64,000 nt of DNA, from NCBI GenBank assembly GCA_034722055.1, contig JAYENL010000242.1:32001-96000 (forward strand), read 5' to 3'. This stretch comes from Armatimonadota bacterium (GTDB lineage Bacteria; Armatimonadota; Zipacnadia; Zipacnadales; UBA5352). The notes under the pieces were generated by a model that searched no databases, was not told the DNA's origin, and saw only the letters and a program-made list of their open reading frames with translations. The translations under genes and the position numbers were made by a program. Below, one piece after another: positions 48,239-58,232 of this stretch (position 1 is the first letter of the stretch; the number at the start of each line of letters is the position of its first letter).

Positions 48239-49393
48239 CTAGGCCCAAGCGCCATCGAGCAGCTCATCAGGAACTGGCAACCCAACGCTGGCACGCACGT
48301 GGAGGTGCCCGAGCGCCGCCATCTCACGGATCATAGCGGCGACCTCGCTCTCGGCGAATGGTGGGCTCCGGCGCTGCTTCCAGTCCATAACGTACTCGAA
48401 GACCTCGGCTTCAGTCGGCGGCTCCCGTCCGCTCCGCAACTGATCGGCCGCGAAATGCACGGTCCCTGCAAGTTCCGCGGTGCGAGTGTCCATTCGCGCG
48501 AAGAGGTCGTGTAGCTGGTCAATCACGTCTTCACAGCGTCGAAGCTCATCGCGGTACTCATCGCGAGCGTCAGCGTAGGTAGGGCCTGGATGCGCGCGGA
48601 ACATCCGCCCACTGCGCTCTTCGCGAAGCAGGCCGTTATTGATGAGCAGGCTCAGGACGCCCTTGAGCTCATCCGAGTACGGGCCGTAGCTTGATCTGCG
48701 GAATCGAAGCCCGGTGGGCAGCCCCAGCGCCGTGGCAAAGTAGGCGAGCTTCTGCAGTTTCGTGCGGCCTGTGGGAGGCGTGTAGGGCTCCGCCTCCAGC
48801 CGACGCAAGACCTCGATCACGGCAATCAGACCAGGTTCGAGTGAGGCCCCAGCGCCGTCACCATGGTCGGTCTTGATAGGTTCTTCGAAGAAGTCTAGGG
48901 TGAGTTGCTCCGGCGGTGCATCCCAAGGAGCGTAGAGCTCGACAGGGATGTGCAACTCCCCGAGAAGGCGGTATAGTGTCGGCCCGACGATGCGCCAATC
49001 CAGTTGGCCGTTTCCACACCCCAATGGTGGCACAGCTATCGACTCAATTCCCCATTCGTCAGCATGGGCAATCAGGTAACGCATCCCCTCGATAATGTCG
49101 CTGATCCGGGAGAAGGCTCGCCAGTGCCCCTTGGTGGGGAAAAGCACTATGTGCGGTGGCTTCTCTCGTTCGAATAGGTAGGGCTTGCCGAGCTGAACCT
49201 CCCCGGCCTTACAGCGCCGAACATAGTCCTCGTACATGTCCGGGAACCGCTCACGGAAGCCTAGGGCAATGCCCTTGCCCATCACGCCAACGCAGTTTAC
49301 GGAGTTCACCAGCGTCTGAGCATTGGATTTGAACAGATCGCCTTGGACGACACGAACCCCCGTTCCCCGATCGTTAGCGGAGAAAGAACACAT
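48239..49393 (-). CDS. darG: Macrodomain antitoxin DarG (DNA ADP-ribosyl glycohydrolase)
   Basis: GDLFKS..QTLVNSVNCVGVMGKGIA..F, FPTKGHWR, SIAVPPLGCGNGQLDW; C-terminal KLQKLAYF...YGPYS; start 49393 or 49399, overlapping darT. Confidence 0.92.
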   Translation of the reverse strand: MCSFSANDRGTGVRVVQGDLFKSNAQTLVNSVNCVGVMGKGIALGFRERFPDMYEDYVRRCKAGEVQLGKPYLFEREKPPHIVLFPTKGHWRAFSRISDIIEGMRYLIAHADEWGIESIAVPPLGCGNGQLDWRIVGPTLYRLLGELHIPVELYAPWDAPPEQLTLDFFEEPIKTDHGDGAGASLEPGLIAVIEVLRRLEAEPYTPPTGRTKLQKLAYFATALGLPTGLRFRRSSYGPYSDELKGVLSLLINNGLLREERSGRMFRAHPGPTYADARDEYRDELRRCEDVIDQLHDLFARMDTRTAELAGTVHFAADQLRSGREPPTEAEVFEYVMDWKQRRSPPFAESEVAAMIREMAALGHLHVRASVGLPVPDELLDGAWA

Positions 49394-50015
49394 CGGCATC
49401 TACCTCCACTGGCAGGGCAGGATACGCCTGCGCGACTAGCGCGGCAAGACGTGCGCGCGCTTTCGCACTCGACACGGTTACACGAACGATGTGCTCCGGA
49501 TCCACTCTCTCGGGAACGAGAACCTCAGCGCACTTGATCCTTTTGCGCCTGGCCTTCTCGATCGGATCTTCGTGATCCCATGAACGTGCAAAGACAAGTT
49601 CCGCATCGAGGTGCGCAAGACCTGCTGGCGACGGATAGAAGCGGGTCAACTTCGCTGCTGCATTGCCGTCGGCAATAACCACGCCCTCAAGTCGCAGCAC
49701 GCCAGGTGCCACACCGATGACGCAGAGGCGTTCGTGATCGTGATGCAAGCAGTACATCATCGGGTTGCGCGGGCAGAAATACAGGTTCGCATAGGAATGG
49801 AGTGGCAGCGAGGTCCCGTCGTGCATTTGCAGCTTGCGGCGGGCGCGTCGTCGTTGGACACTCTCGTTCGCCACGGAAACATGTTCATGCCCTCGGGCGG
49901 CAACATGCGACAGGATCCCCAGTTCGAGTATCGAACGCAGATTCGACTGCGACGCAATATAGTGTAATTGTCCGACTTCGTCAAGTCGCAATCGCATTTC
50001 CCCCGTTTCTCGCAC
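49374..50015 (-). CDS. darT: DarT ssDNA ADP-ribosyltransferase toxin (DUF4433)
   Basis: NLRSILELGILSH, VQRRR, LHSYANLYFCPRNPMMY, ADGNAA, KCAEVLVP with catalytic Glu; directly upstream of darG. Confidence 0.9.
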   Translation of the reverse strand: MRETGEMRLRLDEVGQLHYIASQSNLRSILELGILSHVAARGHEHVSVANESVQRRRARRKLQMHDGTSLPLHSYANLYFCPRNPMMYCLHHDHERLCVIGVAPGVLRLEGVVIADGNAAAKLTRFYPSPAGLAHLDAELVFARSWDHEDPIEKARRKRIKCAEVLVPERVDPEHIVRVTVSSAKARARLAALVAQAYPALPVEVDADVFFLR

Positions 50016-50079
50016 TGGGTCGGCCTACATGCGCCTCCGCAGATCGAATCCGCCACGATGGCATCCAGTCCATTGAGCG

Positions 50080-51771
50080 TTAGAGCCCCGGCGCGGGGGT
50101 CTCGGGCTGGCCGGTCTCGATGACGATGGAGCGCAGCGTCACCGGCGGGCAGTCCTCCGGGGCCTCCAGCCTGAGGGTGTGCCAGTCCTGCTCTCGCTGG
50201 CCGAGGCTGACCGGCTCACCGCCCTCGACCGGGAGCGGCCCGATGCCGTCCACGTAGAGCTTCAGACGCAAGTCCCGCAGGCCCGGCTCCACGCGCACGG
50301 AGGCCGGGCCGTCAAGCAGGTAGACGGGGTAGTCCGCACGGTCGCCGGGGCCAAGCTGCACGTCCTCTCGCCGCAGCGCGCCCTCCACGGGCGTCTCTGT
50401 GAGCTGGCTGGAGGACACGTTCAGCGCCCCGGCATCGATGGTGATCGGCCCGCGGCCGGCCGCCTCCCTCAGCGCCTGCCGATAGCCGTTGTAGAAGTCC
50501 GCGGGGGACTCGCCGGGCGCCGCCAGCAGCGTCGAGCGCAGCAGGGCGTGGCCGTGCGCGGCCTCCACCCACAGCATGGCGCCGACGAGGTAGTGGAAGG
50601 CCTCCTCGCCCAGGCCCGCCGCCAACTCCGACTTCGGGCCCTCTTCCAGCCACAGGTCCAATGTGCGCTCGCGCATGTCCGTGAGGTATGACGCCAGCTC
50701 CACCTCGCCACTGCCCCACAGCCCGTTGATGGCCGCCTGCGCCTTCTCGGACGGCCAGCGCTCGCCGACGACCAGTCCGGCCTCCTCGGCCAGCAGCCCC
50801 AGCAGCAGCGCCTCGCCCAGCACGCCGTTGGCGTAGGGCTCCGGCTCGGTGAAGCGCCCCATGCGCGGGAGCGAGAAGTGCCCCCACTCATGGGCGATCT
50901 CCCGCAGCCATTCCACCGGCGCCCGATCCCGGCCCACGTCGTAGAGGAAGATATCGTCCTCGTACTGCTCGGCACCGGTCGGCCCGCTCTCGCACATCCA
51001 GAGCCGCACCACGTCATCCTCCACCGCCTGCGGGAGGCCCCAGCAGCTCCGGCTGTAGCAGTGCACCCGCAGCAGGATGTGCGTGAGGCGCCCGGCCAGG
51101 GCGGAGTAGTCGGCCCCCCGTTCGCTCAGTAGCGCGGAGGGGTAGTGCGTCATGGCCGTCATGTGCAGCTCCTCACCCTCGGGCGTGGCGGTGAAGCCGT
51201 AGCACACGCGGTTGAAGCGGGCCGTCCCCACCACCCCCTGTCCGCTGGCGGAGGGGATCTCCTTCTCCACCGGCCCGGAGCAGCCGTCCATGCCCTCGGG
51301 GAAGATGACGGCGTTTGTGTTGGCGATTCGGCGGTTGAGCTCATCCACGCCCTCGCCCACCCGCACGCGACACTGATCGGTGACGAAGGACACGGGGCTG
51401 AACTGCAGCAGCGACAGCCGCAGTCGGCGGGGGAACTGCTCGCCGAAGAACAGGTGCGTGATGCGGGAGCGGCCGTACTCGTCGTCGGGGCGAAGCTCCA
51501 GCAGGCGGCCGTAGCTGGCGAGGGCCTTGAGGGTGTTGCCCTCCAGCTCGTGGAGATAGCCCATGTGGGCGTGGACGGTGGGCGCCTCCGGGTCTATCTC
51601 CAGCGCCTGCAGCAGCTTGCCCATGGCGGCGTCAACGTCGCCCTCATCGGCGAGATGCTGGCTCTCCCGCACCAGCTCCGACGCCGTCGGCCCCTGCGCC
51701 TCCTCCTGGGCCGCGGCGGTCGTGACCAGCGCTACCGTCAGCACCGCCGCGACTGTCCCACGCAGCCTCAT
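50080..51771 (-). CDS. Exported TPR protein with HEXXH motif
   Basis: Signal peptide; TPRs (ALEIDP, LLELRP); LREIAHEWGH. Confidence 0.75.
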   Translation of the reverse strand: MRLRGTVAAVLTVALVTTAAAQEEAQGPTASELVRESQHLADEGDVDAAMGKLLQALEIDPEAPTVHAHMGYLHELEGNTLKALASYGRLLELRPDDEYGRSRITHLFFGEQFPRRLRLSLLQFSPVSFVTDQCRVRVGEGVDELNRRIANTNAVIFPEGMDGCSGPVEKEIPSASGQGVVGTARFNRVCYGFTATPEGEELHMTAMTHYPSALLSERGADYSALAGRLTHILLRVHCYSRSCWGLPQAVEDDVVRLWMCESGPTGAEQYEDDIFLYDVGRDRAPVEWLREIAHEWGHFSLPRMGRFTEPEPYANGVLGEALLLGLLAEEAGLVVGERWPSEKAQAAINGLWGSGEVELASYLTDMRERTLDLWLEEGPKSELAAGLGEEAFHYLVGAMLWVEAAHGHALLRSTLLAAPGESPADFYNGYRQALREAAGRGPITIDAGALNVSSSQLTETPVEGALRREDVQLGPGDRADYPVYLLDGPASVRVEPGLRDLRLKLYVDGIGPLPVEGGEPVSLGQREQDWHTLRLEAPEDCPPVTLRSIVIETGQPETPAPGL

Positions 51772-52751
51772 CGGATCGGCTCCTTCTCGCTCTCACCGCT
51801 GCCCTCAGGCTCAGGGCAGGCAATCCGGCGAGCCACCTGCTCGGCCACCTCGATGTTGTCCTCGTCCAGCAGCGCGCCGGCGTAGTAGATGCGGTTCTCG
51901 TCCTCGCAGTGCCATACCCAGCCCCGCACCGCCTCCGGGTAGGGCTTGCCAATCACGTGCATCACGAAGGACTGCAGGTGCCGAAGCGGGTTGGAGAAGT
52001 AGCCGGTAACCTCCACCGCCGGGTGCCCCCGGAAGCGGGTCTCCTCATAGGAGAGCTTGATGCCCTTGTGATACTGGCGGATCTCCGACCGGGCCCAGCT
52101 CTCCAGCGAGCGCTCGCGCAGCGACACATTCGCCATTCCCCACCGGGCCCCCACGAGCTCCTCGCCCCGGTCGGCGAAGTGCAGCTCGATGAGGCCCGCC
52201 ATCAGCTTCTGGTTGGTCAGCTCAAAGCGCTCCGGCGTCTCCATCGTCAGGCCGTACGTTGACCAGGTGATCCAGTCCTCCTCGGGGTGGTCCTGCATGG
52301 TGCCGATGATCTCGCCGGCCAGCTCCTGCCCATCCTCATCGGCAGTGGCCATCACCTGCATGACCACGACGCGCTCGCAGTCCTCGCAGTACCAGGCCGC
52401 CCCGTAGCCCTCCACCTCTCCGCGCCAGGCGAAGCAGTTGAGGTCGCGCTTGCCCATCCGCCGCTTGCTGACCACGCGGGCGTCGCGCTCCACGTCAATC
52501 TCCGGCTCGTCCCGCTTGCGCTTCTTGGTGAGGTCCCTAAGGTACTGGTCAACCACGCCCTCGACATCCACAAAGCCCGAGGCCGCCTGCCACTTGATCT
52601 CAACCCGCGGCATCTTGTCACGGTCGTCGATGCGCAGGTAGCCCTGCTTGCGGTCCCCGCTGATGGCCGCGATGTCCCAGTCCTGGGGCACATGCACGAG
52701 CACGCCTTGCCAGGCCCGTATCTGCCACTGATCCGTGTCGAGCTTCGCCAT
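51768..52751 (-). CDS. Hypothetical protein with two similar halves
   Basis: WQGVLVHVP / YGLTMETP and GAAWYCEDCERV / GWVWHCEDENRI; abuts rodA and overlaps the next gene. Confidence 0.75.
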   Translation of the reverse strand: MAKLDTDQWQIRAWQGVLVHVPQDWDIAAISGDRKQGYLRIDDRDKMPRVEIKWQAASGFVDVEGVVDQYLRDLTKKRKRDEPEIDVERDARVVSKRRMGKRDLNCFAWRGEVEGYGAAWYCEDCERVVVMQVMATADEDGQELAGEIIGTMQDHPEEDWITWSTYGLTMETPERFELTNQKLMAGLIELHFADRGEELVGARWGMANVSLRERSLESWARSEIRQYHKGIKLSYEETRFRGHPAVEVTGYFSNPLRHLQSFVMHVIGKPYPEAVRGWVWHCEDENRIYYAGALLDEDNIEVAEQVARRIACPEPEGSGESEKEPIR

Positions 52752-52772
52752 CTCACACAGCGCTCCGTGGGG

Positions 52773-53882
52773 TCAGAACACCATCTGCTCCCGGCGTATG
52801 TAGATGCTTTGGAGAATACCGATCGCCATCAGGTTCGCGACCAGACTGCTGCCACCGTAGCTTAGAAACGGGAGCGGCATGCCCTTGATGGGCGCCAGGC
52901 CGATGGTCATGCCGATGTTGGCGTAGACCTGAATCAGGAACATCGCCACGATCCCCGCGGCCACCACCCGGTCAAAGGCGGTCAGCGCCCCCGCCGCCAC
53001 GCTGATGCCCCGATACAGCAGCAGCCCGTAGAGCACCAGCACACTCGCGGCACCCACGAAGCCAAGCTCCTCCCCGACCACCGTAAAGACGAAGTCGGTC
53101 TCCTGGTCGGGGATGAAGGCGCTCTGGCTCTGCTTGCCCTGGAAGAGCCCCTGCCCCCACAGGTGCCCCGAGCCGACGGCGATCAGAGACTGGTGCAGGT
53201 GGTATGCGGCGCCGTAGGGGTCCTCTTCCGGGTGGATGAAGGAGGTCAGCCGCGCCTTCTGGTGGGGCTTGATGAGAGCGAAACCCCAGGCCCCGGCGAA
53301 CAGCATGATGCCCGCCAGGGCGAAGGCCGCAAGATGGCCGGGATTGGCCCCGTAGATGAACATCATGATCAGCCAGATGAAGAAGAGGACGATAGGGGTG
53401 CCCAGGTCGGGCTGCAGCAGGATCAGGAGGGCCGGCACCGCCACATAGCCGAGGGTTTTCGTGAGGAACAGGAAGTCCCACTTCTCCTCGTCCATGCGGG
53501 CCACCACGGCCCCAAGCATGACGATGACCGCCAGCTTGGCCAGCTCCGAGGGCTGCAGGTTGATGGGCCCCAGAGCGAGCCAGCGGGTGGTGCCCCGCAC
53601 CGCACCGGCAGCCAGCACGATGACCAGCAAGCCCATCACAAACAGGTAGATGGGCCAGGCCAGCCCCTGCAGCTTGTTGGGGTCCACCAACATGGTGGCG
53701 ACCAGCACGCCCAGGCCGATGACCAGCCACACAAGCTGCATCTGCAGCTTGGCGGCCCCCGGCCTGCCCGCCGCCGCCAGATCGCTCTTGGTGCAGCTAT
53801 AGATGGCCGCCGCGCCGATGATGCACAGCAGGACCACGACCGTCAGCATCTGGAAATCGGCGTGGCGCAGGTCCCTAAGCAC
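52773..53882 (-). CDS. rodA: SEDS family peptidoglycan glycosyltransferase RodA
   Basis: RWL.LG..NLQPSELAK, LQPDLGT, QS.IAVGSG.LWGQG, FIPDQETDFVF, NIGMTIGL.PI.GMPLPFLSYGGSS. Confidence 0.92.
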   Translation of the reverse strand: MLRDLRHADFQMLTVVVLLCIIGAAAIYSCTKSDLAAAGRPGAAKLQMQLVWLVIGLGVLVATMLVDPNKLQGLAWPIYLFVMGLLVIVLAAGAVRGTTRWLALGPINLQPSELAKLAVIVMLGAVVARMDEEKWDFLFLTKTLGYVAVPALLILLQPDLGTPIVLFFIWLIMMFIYGANPGHLAAFALAGIMLFAGAWGFALIKPHQKARLTSFIHPEEDPYGAAYHLHQSLIAVGSGHLWGQGLFQGKQSQSAFIPDQETDFVFTVVGEELGFVGAASVLVLYGLLLYRGISVAAGALTAFDRVVAAGIVAMFLIQVYANIGMTIGLAPIKGMPLPFLSYGGSSLVANLMAIGILQSIYIRREQMVF

Positions 53883-53920
53883 GCAGAGTCCCTCGCGGTG
53901 AATGTGGTGACTACGGCCGG

Positions 53921-53929
53921 AGTATAGCA
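53921..53929 (-). promoter_or_regulatory. Extended -10 element upstream of rodA
   Basis: TGcTATACT about 40 nt before the GTG start. Confidence 0.5.
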
Positions 53930-54056
53930 CAAATCAGGGGTCCGAGAAAGCTGCCGCCGCCCGACCGCATTGATCGGACGAGGCCGGACGGCATCGCATT
54001 GAAGGCGTCATGACCGCTGGCCGCCGCCGCACCCGCAGGCGCCTGCTTCCCGGCGC

Positions 54057-54848
54057 TCAGGGCATCGGCCAGTCTCCCTGGAACCCGGCGGCGTTGGGCT
54101 TGGTGGGCGGGCCCCAGTCACAGCACACGCCCGGCTCGCTCCCCCACGCCTCGGAGTGGTCGGGCGTGCCCTCATGGGCGAAGGGGCCGGCCGTCTTCTT
54201 GAACCACTCTGCATGGTAGTCGCAGAAGAGGAAGTTCTTGCCGCCATTATGCCACATCTCGTCGGGCTTGAGTGGATCGTCATGGGACTGGTAGACGTTC
54301 TGGCCCAGGGCGTCACCCCACGCGCCGGGCGGGTTGTTGCCCTTCTCGAAACACATGACCGTGGCGTGAGGCGCCGGAATGTCGTCCTTGTACCCGCCGA
54401 TCGCGATGGTGGTGCCCCCCACGACCATCGGCCTCTGGGTGTACTGCGCGATGGCGTAAGACCTCGCTTCTCGCGCCTTCTCGTTGGGATTGTCGGGACA
54501 GATCAGGAGGCTCTCGTTCCGCAGATAGCTCATGATCGAGACGTCCCAGGTGGCGACTGAGGGGTCCGGAACATTGCGTATCGCCTCCGGCGGCGGTGTC
54601 CACGTGGGTGCCACGCCCGGGTGGGTTATGGACCAGGGGGGGATGAAGCCGCCGTTGTCCTGGATGTAGCCCTCGATGGCCTGCCCGATCTGCTGCATGT
54701 TCGAGAGGCACCGGGCCTGACGCGCCTTCGCCCGCGCCGACGCCAGGACCGGGAAGAGAATGGCCACCAGCACGGCGATGATGCCAATGACGGTCAGAAG
54801 TTCAATCAGGGTAAAGCCTGTGCGACGCGTTTGCGTTGCCAACGACAT
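54057..54848 (-). CDS. Prepilin-type DUF1559-like protein (H-X9-DY variant)
   Basis: [49 protein letters not shown]. Confidence 0.88.
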   Translation of the reverse strand: MSLATQTRRTGFTLIELLTVIGIIAVLVAILFPVLASARAKARQARCLSNMQQIGQAIEGYIQDNGGFIPPWSITHPGVAPTWTPPPEAIRNVPDPSVATWDVSIMSYLRNESLLICPDNPNEKAREARSYAIAQYTQRPMVVGGTTIAIGGYKDDIPAPHATVMCFEKGNNPPGAWGDALGQNVYQSHDDPLKPDEMWHNGGKNFLFCDYHAEWFKKTAGPFAHEGTPDHSEAWGSEPGVCCDWGPPTKPNAAGFQGDWPMP

Positions 54849-54880
54849 CACACTCCTGTACACGCTCACGTTGGCCGGGC

Positions 54881-55555
<675 letters not shown>

Positions 55556-55838
55556 GCTCCATCCATCTCCACGCGAAAGGCCGCCCTCATGCCATCTGGT
55601 CGCCGACAGGTGGCGGCGTTCTTCGCTACGCCACCGGGCTCGTGCACGTGTGTCTACTAAACAGCCGACGGTGCCGTTTGTTCCTTGCGCCGGACACTCC
55701 GCCTTCCAGTGGAAGAACTGGACGCGGACCGGCGCAACCGGCGCCGGCCCGCGCTGTGTTCCTCGCGCTCTAACGGCTAGTGCTAAGTCGCAGAAGTTCG
55801 CGTAGCTTCCTACGTCCCGACAAGACGCGTGCCCGCCA

Positions 55839-55918
55839 TGGAGGGGCCGCCGCGAGCGAAGCGAGCGGGGCGCGATCAGGAGCGGTAGCGACTGACCGCG
55901 CAGGTTCCACCCCGGCCC
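55839..55918. repeat. Structured repeat, copy 2
   Basis: TGGAGGGGCCGCCG...AGGTTCCACCCCGGCCC. Confidence 0.8.
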
Positions 55919-56013
55919 ACTGGAGACCTTCGGTCTCACGGGCTTCCAGCCCGACCATCAGCGCAGGCGCCCCCGCCTGCGCGCCGTTTGGGCCCTGGGT
56001 AGAGCCATCTCCC

Positions 56014-56109
56014 GGGCCGGGGTGGAACCTGAGGCCTATTCGCTGGGAGACTTCTACGAAGTCTCAGTCACAGGCCTCACCGGGCGCTGCGCGCCCGGCG
56101 GCCCCTCCA
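56014..56109. repeat. Structured repeat, copy 3 (inverted relative to copy 2)
   Basis: GGGCCGGGGTGGAACCT...CTCACCGGGCGCTGCGCGCCCGGCGGCCCCTCCA. Confidence 0.8.
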
Positions 56110-56183
56110 CCGGACGGGTTTTTGAGGCAACCAACCCCCGACAGTGCCCGTCGTCAAGGTACGCAGAATTGCGCAAGTGAGCA

Positions 56184-58169
56184 CTAATAGGGCATCTGTG
56201 ACACCGCCTGCCCAATCAGCGCGAAGGCCACCGATCCCATGCCTACCAGCCCCATTCCGCAGGCATAGCCGGCGCTGAGCACGGTGGCGTACTGCTTCCA
56301 GGTTCTGGCCCCGAACCTGGGGATCATGTAGTACTGGCTGACCAGCGCCCCGATCATCTCCGGGAAGACGAAGTGCGGCAGACGACCCAGTCCTCGAACG
56401 ATGCCGTACACCAGCAGCGTCGGCATCTGCAGCAGCGCCAGGACGCTGTAGGTGATAATCCCGAAGCCGAAGCCGCCCACCACGAACTGCCACTTGAAGG
56501 CCCGCTGGAAGAGGCTGTGCTCCGAGTAGGTGGCCGTCAGCCACAGGGTGCGCTGGTAGGCGCTGAGCGGCCACATCTTCTGCGCGTAGGGATAATTCGC
56601 AGACGGCACGGGCGCCAGGCGCCAGATGAACTCCCAGTACAGCACACTGCATACCACCACGATGGGCAGGATCAGCAGCTCCGCCTTCACCAGCGAGATG
56701 ACCTTGTTGCCAGTCAGCTCCAGGACCCGGAACTGCTGGGCCCGCTGGCCGTGATCGAAGTTGGGGATGGGCGCGAACCAGATGTCAATCCCCTCGTAGC
56801 CGCTGAGGATGATCACGCCCTCCTTGACCATGGGGATGGATACCCACTGGCCGGTGAGGCCCTTCATGCGGGCGTCAACGTACGAGTTCAGCGGGGTGAA
56901 GAAGAAGCCGAAGAAGATCACCCAGGCAATCGGGAAGTCGGGCACCAGATGCCGGCACAGTAACACATACCCGGCAGTTGAGATGACGAACAGGCCGATG
57001 GCCAGCTTCAGCGAGATGTCGCCCCGTCCCGCCACTCCGGCGAGCGTCCCCGGCTCGTGCTCCCGGTCCTGTTGGTCGGCGAGCCTGTCGCGGTAGATGT
57101 GTGCCATGATCCCGGCAATCCCGATGGCGGCAACGGCGAAGGCGGTGCCGATCTGAGCGCTGAAGTAGAAGTCCACCTGGTTGGCGAACTGGGTTTGAAT
57201 GGTGTCCATCCCCGGGTGCCATTCCTCGAGCGTGCCCACGCGGTAAAGGTAGGGGTTGAGCACGAAGGTGCCCAGCGCGGCGATGAAGCTGCCCACCACG
57301 GCCCAGAACGGGACCACGAAGCCCGCGATGATGGCGCCCAGATCGACGGTGAAGCCGGTAGCCACCGCCGGCAGCACGTTCTCGGTGTTCCGCGTCAGGT
57401 CTACGAAGGGGATCGGCAGCAGTTGCAGCGGCTCAGTCATAATGACGCCGGTGATAGTGGGAATGCCAACGTAGAAGACTCCGAACACCAGCCCCACCAT
57501 GGCGCCGATGGCGAACACCCGCCACCGCCAGGTCTCTTCTTTGGTGGTCGTCTCCGCCAGGGCCGTGGAGCCCTGCGCGGTGATCGCCGCGTATGGGAAG
57601 GGCAGCCGCTCGTAGTCGGAGGTGATGCGGAAGAGCGCGTATCCCAGCCCGAACCAGTTCAGCCGGCTGAGGACGACACCGAGGAGCAGGATAGCCGCGG
57701 GGTAGTACCAGTCGGGATGAAAGAAGGTGCGTTTCATCAGGGCCTGCGAGTCCGGCCCCGGGACCACCCAGTTGGGTATCTCGTAGGCGATGCCCATCCC
57801 CCGCGCCGCCGGCGAGCGAACGAAGTACTGCTCCCACATCTTCCCGGCGAAGGCGCCGCCGGCGAGCTGCAGGCCGCCGTGCGTGGATGCCAGCGCCGCG
57901 GCGACGTAGAAGAGGATGTATACCTCCTGGCGCTTGAGCGTGAGGAACGACCGCCGGGCAATCTCGGTGAAGAGGATGATGGTGGTCCACTCCGCCGCCG
58001 GTCCCAGGTTGCGCCCCGCCACCAGCCCCAGGTAGATGGCACCGGGCATCATCACCAGGCCGATGAACAGGCCCCCGATGATGGTCTTGACGTCAAAGCC
58101 GTCCTCGTACTGCTCGGGCTGATCCATCAGCCCTCGGTAAAGCTCAAGTTCCGGGTCCAGGGGAGCCAC
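56184..58169 (-). CDS. Polytopic membrane protein, OPT-like putative peptide transporter
   Basis: Many hydrophobic segments; PGAIYLGLVAG, LKRQE, ERLPFP, G..CG.GL at the C-terminus; GGAGG SD. Confidence 0.72.
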   Translation of the reverse strand: MAPLDPELELYRGLMDQPEQYEDGFDVKTIIGGLFIGLVMMPGAIYLGLVAGRNLGPAAEWTTIILFTEIARRSFLTLKRQEVYILFYVAAALASTHGGLQLAGGAFAGKMWEQYFVRSPAARGMGIAYEIPNWVVPGPDSQALMKRTFFHPDWYYPAAILLLGVVLSRLNWFGLGYALFRITSDYERLPFPYAAITAQGSTALAETTTKEETWRWRVFAIGAMVGLVFGVFYVGIPTITGVIMTEPLQLLPIPFVDLTRNTENVLPAVATGFTVDLGAIIAGFVVPFWAVVGSFIAALGTFVLNPYLYRVGTLEEWHPGMDTIQTQFANQVDFYFSAQIGTAFAVAAIGIAGIMAHIYRDRLADQQDREHEPGTLAGVAGRGDISLKLAIGLFVISTAGYVLLCRHLVPDFPIAWVIFFGFFFTPLNSYVDARMKGLTGQWVSIPMVKEGVIILSGYEGIDIWFAPIPNFDHGQRAQQFRVLELTGNKVISLVKAELLILPIVVVCSVLYWEFIWRLAPVPSANYPYAQKMWPLSAYQRTLWLTATYSEHSLFQRAFKWQFVVGGFGFGIITYSVLALLQMPTLLVYGIVRGLGRLPHFVFPEMIGALVSQYYMIPRFGARTWKQYATVLSAGYACGMGLVGMGSVAFALIGQAVSQMPY

Positions 58170-58232
58170 GTCACACCTCCGGCGGCAGTGAGATGGCAGT
58201 GTGCGACAGGATCGGCCGGCAATACCAACGCA

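Noticed and set aside
48216..50079. Mobile element boundaries around darTG
   Set aside because: No target duplication, terminal repeats or recombinase seen
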